Positions 7,615-16,278 of a stretch of 64,000 nucleotides of DNA are shown here, one piece after another. Origin of the DNA: an uncultured delta proteobacterium (GTDB lineage Bacteria > Desulfobacterota > Binatia > Binatales > Binataceae). The stretch's first letter is position 1. The number at the start of each line of letters is the position of its first letter. The stretch covers positions 1,312,001 through 1,376,000 of the forward strand of contig CAWJET010000002.1 of the NCBI GenBank assembly GCA_963842085.1. The letters are read 5' to 3'. The translations under genes were made by a program, and so were the position numbers. The notes beneath the pieces were generated by a model. It was not told the DNA's origin. It was given only the letters and a program-made list of their open reading frames with translations, and made no database searches.

Positions 7615-9405
7615 TCACGCGGCTAGTTCTTGAGCCTCGCGCATCGCGCGGAACCGACCTGTTGGCCGCGCAGACAGCGCGTCCCAGTCGCCGGATTCGA
7701 CGACCCTGCCGTCTTCAATCACGTAGATTAGATCCGCCCACCTAACGGTTGCGATGCGATGAGCGATGAGGATGGTGGTGGTTCCTGCGCCTAGCTTTTC
7801 AAGCGCACTGAGAACGCGAGCCTCGCTCGCGGAATCGAGGTTGTTGGTTGCCTCGTCGAGTACCAAAAGCCGCGGACGCCTCAGTATCGCACGGGCAAGC
7901 GCTATCCTTTGCCGTTCGCCCTGCGATAATGCCACGCCCCTATCGCCGATGACCGTATCGAGCCCCATTGGGAGCGCCGCCAAGAAGTCGTCAGCCGCCG
8001 CGATCGAAAGTGCTTCTCGAATGTCCGTTTCACTCGCACCCGCTCGCGCCCATTCAACGTTGGCGCGAAGCGTGTCGTGGAAGAGAAACGTATCCGGCGC
8101 AACGTAGCCCACACACTCGCGCCATCGGCGCGCCTCCACGGGTGTCAACTCAGCTCCGTCGATCCTGATGAAACCCTCGTCGGGCGCGATCAACCCCATA
8201 GCTAGATCCGCCAACGTGCTCTTTCCGGCTCCCGATGGACCGACCAGCGCGACGACGGTACCGGCGGGAATGACCAGCTCGGCGCGATATACGGCTGGCG
8301 CCCGGTCGCGGCTGTACGAGAACGAGACGCGATCGAAGCGGATCTCGCGGCGCAGATCCGGCGCCGGCGCGTTCGGTATCCCCGGTTCGGCCGCCGCGGC
8401 GCATCGCTGCTCCAAGGCGATCAAGTTTCCAAAAGAAGGTAGGAGACCAGCGGCCGATCGCAATTGCTGATGACCAGACATCAACCGCGGCATGACGCGC
8501 GCGAACAGCACTAGCAGGATCAGAATTGCGGCGGGCGGAACCGAGAGCACCCGGATCGCCGCGTAGAGCACCGCGCCCATGATCGCGGCCGAGCCTAGCT
8601 CGAACCACGCCGTAGCCGCGGCCTGCGCACCGATCGCCGCAAGGTCGGCAGCCATGAGTGCGCGGCTTGAGCGGGCGAAGATCGAGAAGTTGCGCTCTTC
8701 AGCTCCGCAAGCTTTTGCTGTCTTCAGGCTGTGTAGATGTTCGATCGTCACTGCATATAGCGAGCCCCTGAAATCGGACTGTCTCTGGCCCGCTTGTTCA
8801 ATCGCGCGAGTGCGCCCGCGGAGCGCGATTGCGAGCACCGCAGCGCAGCTCAACACCAGCAGCGTCATCGCAGCCGAGAGCCGAAGCGCGAGCGCGCAAT
8901 ACACAGCGGTCAACACGATATTTGCCGCAACAAGCATGATGTCGTAGGCTGCCTCTCTTACGCGATCGAGTTCGCCGGTCAGCGCATGGGTGAAATCCGA
9001 TGCTCGGCTGCGGCAGATGAACAGCCAGTTAGCGTTCGTGATCGCGCGGTAGAGCCGCAGCCGCATCTCGAGCACGAACTGTTGCTGGACCGCGTACATA
9101 GCCAAGCTCTGCAGCCGACCGACGATCGTTCGCAGCGCAATCAACACGACCAACATGGCGAGCAGAATCTCAAGTGACGGTGTGATCCCCACAGCAGAAA
9201 ATGCGCGTTCGATCGTGCGCGCGTAGCGGCCCGCTGAACCCTGCCCTGCAAGATCGAGCCCCGCGGCTTGCAGGGTTGGCAGCAGGAGCAGGATGCCAAG
9301 GCCTTCGGTCATCGAGAACGCGACCATAAGCGCCACGGCCGCGGTAAGGCGCCACCCGGCGGACCTGGCGAGCTCGCGCACAAACCTGAGCGCCGCGCGG
9401 TTCAT
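7615..9405 (-). CDS. ABC exporter, fused TMD-NBD (lasso peptide D-type)
   Basis: TM helices, GPSGAGKST, LSQGERQR, LLVLDEAT; ATGA overlap with the upstream nucleotidyltransferase gene. Confidence 0.9.
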   Translation of the reverse strand: MNRAALRFVRELARSAGWRLTAAVALMVAFSMTEGLGILLLLPTLQAAGLDLAGQGSAGRYARTIERAFSAVGITPSLEILLAMLVVLIALRTIVGRLQSLAMYAVQQQFVLEMRLRLYRAITNANWLFICRSRASDFTHALTGELDRVREAAYDIMLVAANIVLTAVYCALALRLSAAMTLLVLSCAAVLAIALRGRTRAIEQAGQRQSDFRGSLYAVTIEHLHSLKTAKACGAEERNFSIFARSSRALMAADLAAIGAQAAATAWFELGSAAIMGAVLYAAIRVLSVPPAAILILLVLFARVMPRLMSGHQQLRSAAGLLPSFGNLIALEQRCAAAAEPGIPNAPAPDLRREIRFDRVSFSYSRDRAPAVYRAELVIPAGTVVALVGPSGAGKSTLADLAMGLIAPDEGFIRIDGAELTPVEARRWRECVGYVAPDTFLFHDTLRANVEWARAGASETDIREALSIAAADDFLAALPMGLDTVIGDRGVALSQGERQRIALARAILRRPRLLVLDEATNNLDSASEARVLSALEKLGAGTTTILIAHRIATVRWADLIYVIEDGRVVESGDWDALSARPTGRFRAMREAQELAA

Positions 9406-10613
9406 TGACGTGCGATCTGCGCAGTACGCGGCAAGATACGCGGTCCATGCTGAAGCAGGAGCCGCACTGGGCGCGTCAAGTAATAGGCCCAATAGAACGC
9501 TTTGGGCAGCGGCAGTGCTTCCCAGTCTTCGATCGTCGGGCGCAGGCCTCTGGTCAGCAAATACTGAAGGCGTAGTCCCAATCCTTCGATAGCGCTCAAT
9601 GGCACTACCCAGTCGCAGTATATCGATGGCAAAAGACCGGGCGCCGGAAAAAGCCGGCGGGCAATTCCGACGGCAAGCCGCATCACCCGGCCGTCGGAAG
9701 TAGATCGGCCTAGCACACCTTCAGGGACATGCCCACCTGCGAACGCTTGCGCAAGCACCGCACCAAGACGGAACATTCGCGTACATCCTAATCGCGCCAT
9801 CTCGTCTTCAGTTTGCTCCCAATCCGCCAAGCCTGTTGCGGTCAGCGCGGCGATGTCGCACATCGAGCGCAGCGACGCCCATCCCCATCCGTGCTTGGTC
9901 GCGTGCGCGATGCTGAAGATCAGGTGGTTGTCCGGGGCCAGCGTTTGCATCCACCGCCCATCGATCTCGACCACAACGCCGTTGCGCCAGACCGCTTCGT
10001 GGTTCGGACGATAGGGAAAATAGCTTGGCACCAGCGCTAGGTGCAGGTCGATCAGCAGACCGCCTTGCTTCTCGAACTGATCCTCGAAGGATCGGAAGAA
10101 ACCAAAATACGGAGCGCCGGATTGGTATCGCCGGGGGCGATAGCCCCGATCCGTAAGGATTCTGCCAACCTGCGGCAAGTCGCCTTGCCGGACGAGGATG
10201 TCCAGGTCGCCTGACTGACGGGCCGCGAGATCTCCATAGGCCTGAACTGCGAGCGCCGGTCCCTTGAGCGCGAGCATACCAAGCCCGGCTGCCGCGAACG
10301 CTTCATGAACCTCGACGAGCTCATGCGCCAGCCGGAGATGCGTGAGTGCGTTCGCCGCGTACCAGGCGTGAAGACGCGCGGCTATATCGGCTGGAACGCG
10401 GTCCGCGCAATGCGCGGCTAGGAAGCGATGCACGGGAGGTATGACGAAATGCCCCGCGGCCTCGGACGCAACTCGGTCCCAGTCGAGATCGCGGGCGGCA
10501 AGCGCAGTCGCGCGGGAACGCGACTCAGAGGTCGCAGGTGTCGAAATGCACGCAGCGATCAGCTGCCCCTCGAGCGGCAGCTCAGCACGCAGCGATTGGG
10601 CTATGTCATCCAT
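9402..10613 (-). CDS. Nucleotidyltransferase family protein (lasso-cluster associated, NTP_transf_5-like)
   Basis: LKGPALAVQAYGDLAARQSGDLDILV, IDLH, HATKHGW motifs. Confidence 0.85.
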   Translation of the reverse strand: MDDIAQSLRAELPLEGQLIAACISTPATSESRSRATALAARDLDWDRVASEAAGHFVIPPVHRFLAAHCADRVPADIAARLHAWYAANALTHLRLAHELVEVHEAFAAAGLGMLALKGPALAVQAYGDLAARQSGDLDILVRQGDLPQVGRILTDRGYRPRRYQSGAPYFGFFRSFEDQFEKQGGLLIDLHLALVPSYFPYRPNHEAVWRNGVVVEIDGRWMQTLAPDNHLIFSIAHATKHGWGWASLRSMCDIAALTATGLADWEQTEDEMARLGCTRMFRLGAVLAQAFAGGHVPEGVLGRSTSDGRVMRLAVGIARRLFPAPGLLPSIYCDWVVPLSAIEGLGLRLQYLLTRGLRPTIEDWEALPLPKAFYWAYYLTRPVRLLLQHGPRILPRTAQIARQ

Positions 10614-10659
10614 AAGAGGCAGGCGGTATGCCGATACGGCCGCCAGGTTACCGACCGGT

Positions 10660-11121
10660 TCAGTGGCGGGCGTCGTACTCCGTACTACGAAAGAGCGCAG
10701 CATAGCGGCCCGATTCGAACGCGCCGCCGATCACGATTCCCCCTTTGTACTCGACCCACGCGTGGGCAGCGAGTTGGCCCGTCGGACTCTTTGACGCGCC
10801 TATCCGCAACTCGCTGGTCAAACCGAGCCGGCTCAGCATACGCTGTACCGCTATCGCACGCACCAGACAGTTGCGCCCGCCCGGAACGCACGCGCTTGCG
10901 GCCGCCACGGCCCGTGCAACACGAGCCACAAGCAGCGCTGGATCGTGGTTGTACGTGCTGTTTCGAGCGGGTGCGCCAGCCCAATCGCGCACCCGAGCGA
11001 ACGGCAGCAGAAGCAGCCTTGCTCGTGCTGCAAGCACGGCGAGGAACGCTCTGGGTAGTATTATCCACTCCGCTACGGATAATGTGCGAATCCTTCGAAT
11101 GCGGGCAAGCACGGGGCTCAT
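10660..11121 (-). CDS. Lasso peptide leader peptidase B2 (transglutaminase-like)
   Basis: NCLVRA (catalytic Cys), LRIG, AHAWVE (catalytic His). Confidence 0.9.
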   Translation of the reverse strand: MSPVLARIRRIRTLSVAEWIILPRAFLAVLAARARLLLLPFARVRDWAGAPARNSTYNHDPALLVARVARAVAAASACVPGGRNCLVRAIAVQRMLSRLGLTSELRIGASKSPTGQLAAHAWVEYKGGIVIGGAFESGRYAALFRSTEYDARH

Positions 11122-11155
11122 GCGGGTGTTCATTGCGCCACGCGCAGGTCGAGCT

Positions 11156-12187
11156 TCAGCGCCCTGCTGAGAGCTTGGCACTCTCACGATTGCCGCCGCT
11201 CATATCCGCGAGCACCATCTCGCGTACCGCGGCTAACGCGGTGAAGTCGTTCGGAACTACGAGCTTCTTTACCGGCACTTTCGCGACGACCTGCTTGAGA
11301 AATCGAAGTTTGTGGAGATTGGCGGCGCGATCAGTTGATTCGAATAACCACGACGCTGACGCCAGTTCGACCAAGGATTCGGCCCAAGACATGTGCTCGA
11401 CCTTTGGCGCATGGGTCTGGTCCGCATCGTTGTCCAGCCGGTTCAATCGGTATATCCACTTGAGCGGCACCGATTTGGCCGCCAAACTGGCCCTGGGGTC
11501 GGCGGCGTCGTGCCGGCTCAAGCGAATAATCCGCCCGAGCGGCTGCGGTTGGGCGTTTGAATGGAGATCAGGCGCGCATCGCTCGGAGTTGTAGCCTGCG
11601 ACGGCGTCCGACCGAGCCGAGTCGATTCTCAGCGCTTCGACGCTTTCATTCGACAGCCACGCGCCTGGATAGCCGGGCGTGAGAACGATCTGGCCGCTGC
11701 CACTCAGACTCAGCACGACCCAGTCGTCGCCGAGCAGCGGGAAGCCCGCAAGTGCAAAGCTTGCCGCGAGCGTCGATTTTCCGGTACCTCCCGGGCCGAT
11801 GAATGCGCACGCTCCATAGTCGGTCAAAAAGGCGGTCGCGTGGATCGACTTGATTCCGATCAGATCGAGAACACCCGGGATGACGCCATTGAGAAGCCGA
11901 TGTCGCAGTACCTTGGGAAAAATTTCAGAGTGTACTCTGCAATACTCTATCGCGCGCACCAGACAATTGCGCCAACCGGGAACGCGCGCGCTTGCGGCTG
12001 CCACGGCCCGTCCAACACGCGCCGCAAGCAGCGCAGGTGCAGCAGCCCAATCGCGCACGCGCGCAAATGCCAGCCACAGCAGCCTCGCTCGCACGGCAAG
12101 CACGGCGAGCAGGGCCCCGGGCACCGGCTTGCGGTCAGCTTCGGATAATGCGCGGACCTTTCGGATCCGGGCGAAGGCGGTTCTCAT
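11156..12187 (-). CDS. Chimeric protein: B2 N-terminal half fused to an HPr-kinase-like domain
   Basis: N-terminus MRTAFARIRKVRALS...FARVRDW...NCLVRAI matches B2; C-terminal part has IHATA, GPGGTGKST, LLGDD. Confidence 0.75.
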   Translation of the reverse strand: MRTAFARIRKVRALSEADRKPVPGALLAVLAVRARLLWLAFARVRDWAAAPALLAARVGRAVAAASARVPGWRNCLVRAIEYCRVHSEIFPKVLRHRLLNGVIPGVLDLIGIKSIHATAFLTDYGACAFIGPGGTGKSTLAASFALAGFPLLGDDWVVLSLSGSGQIVLTPGYPGAWLSNESVEALRIDSARSDAVAGYNSERCAPDLHSNAQPQPLGRIIRLSRHDAADPRASLAAKSVPLKWIYRLNRLDNDADQTHAPKVEHMSWAESLVELASASWLFESTDRAANLHKLRFLKQVVAKVPVKKLVVPNDFTALAAVREMVLADMSGGNRESAKLSAGR

Positions 12188-12224
12188 TCCAACGACCAGT
12201 GTGTCGGCACCTGTAGTCTGAGCG

Positions 12225-13223
12225 TCAGCACACTTCGAGGAATCCCACGCTATCACGCTCGTGACCGCTCATATCCGCGAGCACCATCTCACGTGCCGCG
12301 GGTAACGCGGCGAAGTCGTTCGGAACTACGAGCTTCTTTATTGGCACTTTCGCGACGACCTGCTCGAGGAATCGGAATTGGCGGAGATTGGCAAAGCGAT
12401 CAGTTGGATTGAATCGATACGACGCTGACGCCAGCTCGATCAACGATTCGGCTCGAGACATGCGCTCGATCCTTGGCGCATAGGTCTGGTCCGCGACGTT
12501 GTCCGTCAGCCGGTTCAATCGGTATATTTGTTTGAGCGGCAGCGATTCGGTCGCGAAATTTCGCCTCAGGTCCGGAACCCGACGTTTCCAATCGTCGTCG
12601 CCGATAGTTTCCGATCGGGCCGGATAGATGCCGAGTGCGTCAAGGCTGTCACCCCACAGACGCGTGCCCGCGTAGCCAGGCGTCAGGACAATCTCTAGGG
12701 CGCTGCAAAGGACGACGCAATCGTCGCCGAGAAGGAGCGCTCCGCTGCGCACAAGACTTGTGGCCAAGGTGGACTTGCCGGCGCCGGTCGGACCGAGGAA
12801 CGCGCATGCGCCGCCATCGATTGCAACCGCCGTCGCATGAATCGCCTCGAAGCCACGGAGATCGAGCACGCGGGGAATTACGGCGTCCAATAAGAGATGC
12901 CGCAGCATATCGCGCGAAGTCGCATCGCAAAGCCCGCAGCACTCAATTTCATCACCGCCTTCGCTGACGAAGAAATCCGCCAGTCCGGGAAACCGCAACA
13001 GGTAGCCACCGGGGGTAGTCGCACAGATTAGCCACTCCTGCCCGTCGATATTGTCGTGACGTAAAAAGACCGCATCGGGATCGAATTCGATCAGTCTTGC
13101 AATCTGGAGGCGTACGCGCATCACAGCTTGCGGCTCATGCTCGCTGCCCGAGTACGGCGTTAGTTCCGGAAGAAGCACGTCGGAGTCGAGGCGGATTCCG
13201 TACACTGAATACGACGGCATCAT
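12225..13223 (-). CDS. HPr-kinase-like lasso peptide kinase (PadeK/ThcoK-like)
   Basis: IHATAV, Walker A GPTGAGKST, LLGDD; located in the lasso cluster. Confidence 0.85.
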   Translation of the reverse strand: MMPSYSVYGIRLDSDVLLPELTPYSGSEHEPQAVMRVRLQIARLIEFDPDAVFLRHDNIDGQEWLICATTPGGYLLRFPGLADFFVSEGGDEIECCGLCDATSRDMLRHLLLDAVIPRVLDLRGFEAIHATAVAIDGGACAFLGPTGAGKSTLATSLVRSGALLLGDDCVVLCSALEIVLTPGYAGTRLWGDSLDALGIYPARSETIGDDDWKRRVPDLRRNFATESLPLKQIYRLNRLTDNVADQTYAPRIERMSRAESLIELASASYRFNPTDRFANLRQFRFLEQVVAKVPIKKLVVPNDFAALPAAREMVLADMSGHERDSVGFLEVC

Positions 13224-13471
13224 TGAAGATCGATCTGGTCGAGAGACGCCCGCAGGCGCTGCTGGAACCTCCAGCGCAGATTTCGTTCAACCGGAAGAAT
13301 CACGCGCGTTCCCGTCGGCTCGGCCTCGTGAGAATTCTCGAGAGACCCGGAAAAAGTGCGGCTGTAGTCATGTCTCCTAGGTATCTTGAGCGCGGAATCC
13401 CGCGAGTCGGGACCCTTGTGGGGGTTAAGGCGCTTTGCGGCATACCCCCGTGCGTTGCGCCCAAGGTACGT

Positions 13472-13660
13472 TTACGGAAAGCCCGGAAACTGAAAGCCCT
13501 GCTTTTTGGTCATCCTGTCTGATCTTCTACCCGCACTGCCAGCGGTGAGCTTCGCAACGTCACCGTACCTCACCAAAGCGGGCTTTACATACAGCGGGCG
13601 AGGACTGGCGCAGTATTTCCCGATCGCAGGCGACGAACTGCTGTTGCTTTCGGGCTTCAT
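13472..13660 (-). CDS. Lasso peptide precursor; predicted core GSAGRRSDRMTKKQGFQFPGFP (Gly1-Asp8 ring)
   Basis: Leader motif YVKPALVRYGDVAKLT (YxxPxL...G...T at -2), Gly1 and Asp8; RBS AGGAGA 8 nt upstream. Confidence 0.9.
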   Translation of the reverse strand: MKPESNSSSSPAIGKYCASPRPLYVKPALVRYGDVAKLTAGSAGRRSDRMTKKQGFQFPGFP

Positions 13661-13940
13661 CCAAAATTCTCCTGCACCCGGTCAAATATAGTCAACTGAG
13701 TTAGCGAATTCCAGTCAGGGAAATCAATCAAATCGTCCGCTTCATGCCGCTAGTCATTGCCAAAGCTCCGTCGGCTAGCCCACTCCATAGTTCGAAATGA
13801 CGTGTGCCACGAATGGCTGCGCCTCGCGGGCATGTGAAACAGATCGGAATGCAATTCGTAAACCCGGCGCTCGATCTCCGCTCGTTCGCCGCGTCGGGTC
13901 GCACAGGTCAACGACCCAGCGCGCGCGGGCCACCACGGAG

Positions 13941-15932
13941 TCAGCACAAAGTAGGGGGCCTGTCTGGCGAGACTAGAGACATGCTCGAATCGCGATTTGT
14001 TTCGGTCGTTGCAATGCGGGCGAAGCCGCCCGAGAAGTGTCGAATCAGCATCTCAACTCCAAACAAGGCAAATCCGGTCCACATGTAATCGGTGCATCGA
14101 CAGTCGTGCGACTGATAGAATCGCCAGGCGGCTTCGTGCGCCTGCTTCAGCCGAGCCTGACTCACCCAGCCCATCTCCGCAATCTCCAGGCGATCGATCA
14201 GTGAATCACCAGTTTGCTTGACCGCTCTCATCATCAGGTCGCTGAAGTCACCCTTCGTGGTTCGCTTTCTGATCCGCTCGGGCAAGAGTTCCTTCATCGC
14301 ATGGCGCATGAGGAGCTTCGAAACTCCCTGGTTCCAGCGGTGCTCTTCAGCGAGCCCAGAGACAAATTCGATCACGCGGCGATCGCAAAATGGATGACGG
14401 TAATCAATACCGAGCCGCCCGGCGTCCCGCTCGCCTCCTTCAACCGCGTAGGTCAGCCATCCGTCGCGCATCAGGTACCACATCGCCCAGACCGCTTGTG
14501 GCTTTTCGTCCCACTCTCCAAGCGCCCGGCGCGCACGGTCCTCCAGATCAAAGCGCCTGGCAAAGGCCGGCTCGAGCCATGAGAGCCACGCAAATGAGGG
14601 GCTTTCGCCGCGGTTGAGCATTCGCCTGACGCGTTCTCGCGCGAACGCCGGCACGAACGGCCATACCGCCGAGCGAAAGACGACATCGATGAACCCGCGC
14701 TGGACCTCGCCTGACCCTATATTCTTTCTCAGCGATCGCAGGGCGTGGGCGAACCTCACCGGATGAACCCCGCGGACCAAAGCAGCGAGATCGCCGGTCC
14801 CTCCATCCATCGTGTGATCCCCGCCGTGACCGCTCAGCGCAACGCGCAGTCCCCGCGCAGCGACGTTCTGCATGAGGGTTTGCCCCATTGCGTAATTGGG
14901 ATACGGCGGCAATTCGAGGTGGCGATGCACGTAATCAGCGAACCAGGCGGCGTCCGGCTCGAATGCGTGGCATTCGTGGGTCGAGAAGTCGCACGCGCGC
15001 TCGACTTCGGCAATATATTCGCGCTCGTCCGCGTCAGGATCGGTATAATTCAGCGAGAATGGCTCGGCGCGATTGCTGACAATACCCCGGCGCATCAGAT
15101 CGTGTCCGATGCATACGATTGACGAGGAATCGAGGCCGCCGCTCAGATCGGCCGCAACATCACCCGGAGAGCGCATCCGGCATCGGACCGCCTCGACCAG
15201 GGTCTCGCGGAGGGCCGAAGCGGTATCGTCGTAAGTGGCAAAGCGAAGCGCCTTCGCTGCAGCCGGATCGTAGTACTCGCGATGCCTCATTCCCGAGCTG
15301 TCTACCGTGAGGCATGCCCCGCCTTCGAGTCTGAATATGTTGCGTATTACAGTCTCTCGACGCGTGAATGGACCGCCAGCTAGGCACTCTGCAAGAAACG
15401 CCTCGTTGAGCTTGCGGCCGATCGCATGGTCCTGAAGAATCTGGATCAGATCGGATGCGCACAGGAATCTTCTGCCGTCGAAGAAGTAGTGCAGCGGCTT
15501 GAAACCGAGCGGATCGCGCGCGCACAGCATCCTGCGTCTGCGGCCGTCCCATACCACGATCGCAAAATCGCCGAGCAAGCGGTTCCAGGCTCCTTCGTCC
15601 CAGAGCTCGAAGCATCGTCCGACGAGCTCTACATCGGTCGGTTCATCCAAGCTCGCGCCCGAAGATTCCAGTTCACGCAAGAGTTCCCTTCGGTTGTCGA
15701 TGCGCCCGTCGAAGATAACTCGGATGGTCGCGTCCGCGTTGACCCAGGGCTGGTCCTCGCGCACCGCCTCGGGTGTAGTGGCAAACTTCCGAAACGCCAT
15801 GCCCGCCGCCCCTTCGGTCCAGAACGCTGCACCGTCGGGACCGCGATCGCACACGGAGTCCACCATCGCGCGTAGCATAGCCCGGTCGGCCGGCCGCTCG
15901 TCGACGTTGAATATACCTGCGATCGCACTCAT
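13941..15932 (-). CDS. Lasso peptide cyclase (asparagine synthetase-like C protein)
   Basis: MSAIAG start (no glutaminase Cys), DGRIDN, ARDPLG, DLSGGLDSSSI, SGHGGD, RHPFCDRR. Confidence 0.9.
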   Translation of the reverse strand: MSAIAGIFNVDERPADRAMLRAMVDSVCDRGPDGAAFWTEGAAGMAFRKFATTPEAVREDQPWVNADATIRVIFDGRIDNRRELLRELESSGASLDEPTDVELVGRCFELWDEGAWNRLLGDFAIVVWDGRRRRMLCARDPLGFKPLHYFFDGRRFLCASDLIQILQDHAIGRKLNEAFLAECLAGGPFTRRETVIRNIFRLEGGACLTVDSSGMRHREYYDPAAAKALRFATYDDTASALRETLVEAVRCRMRSPGDVAADLSGGLDSSSIVCIGHDLMRRGIVSNRAEPFSLNYTDPDADEREYIAEVERACDFSTHECHAFEPDAAWFADYVHRHLELPPYPNYAMGQTLMQNVAARGLRVALSGHGGDHTMDGGTGDLAALVRGVHPVRFAHALRSLRKNIGSGEVQRGFIDVVFRSAVWPFVPAFARERVRRMLNRGESPSFAWLSWLEPAFARRFDLEDRARRALGEWDEKPQAVWAMWYLMRDGWLTYAVEGGERDAGRLGIDYRHPFCDRRVIEFVSGLAEEHRWNQGVSKLLMRHAMKELLPERIRKRTTKGDFSDLMMRAVKQTGDSLIDRLEIAEMGWVSQARLKQAHEAAWRFYQSHDCRCTDYMWTGFALFGVEMLIRHFSGGFARIATTETNRDSSMSLVSPDRPPTLC

Positions 15933-15956
15933 TGGCTGTTTCAGGAGGCGCGCGAT

Positions 15957-16226
15957 TTAAGCTGCAGTCTTGATCAGACCTTCGTTCGAGAGATCACTTA
16001 TGAGTTCGTCGAAATCGCGCTCAATCTGGTCGCGGGAAACGTTGTACTGGGTGGCTAGGGATTGCAAAATCTCTTCGCGTCTTCGGCCTGCCGCGATCAA
16101 GGTCCAGATACGCGCGCCGACCTGATTGAGACCGAAATAGATGCCAGTATCCAACTTTAGGATCACCACCTCATCATCGAGGTCGGTCCAGACCACGTCG
16201 TCGACAACTCGAAGGACATTCGTCAT
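15957..16226 (-). CDS. RiPP recognition element (PqqD-like B1/E protein)
   Basis: DDEVVILKLDTGIYFGLNQVGARIWTLI...LSNEGLI, 89 aa. Confidence 0.9.
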   Translation of the reverse strand: MTNVLRVVDDVVWTDLDDEVVILKLDTGIYFGLNQVGARIWTLIAAGRRREEILQSLATQYNVSRDQIERDFDELISDLSNEGLIKTAA

Positions 16227-16278
16227 GGCAGCAGAACCAGGTTGCCCTGAGTTGATTCGAGGATTGAATCGTCCACAC

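Noticed and set aside
13300-13443. Second lasso precursor (MPQSALT...YLGDMTTAALFPG...) downstream of the first
   Set aside because: No YxxPxL leader motif, no suitable Gly1 with Asp/Glu at 7-9, and poor RBS spacing.
13941-16226. asnB and pqqD as asparagine or PQQ biosynthesis genes
   Set aside because: No N-terminal catalytic Cys and no other pqq genes; the precursor and B2 context identify a lasso cyclase and RRE.
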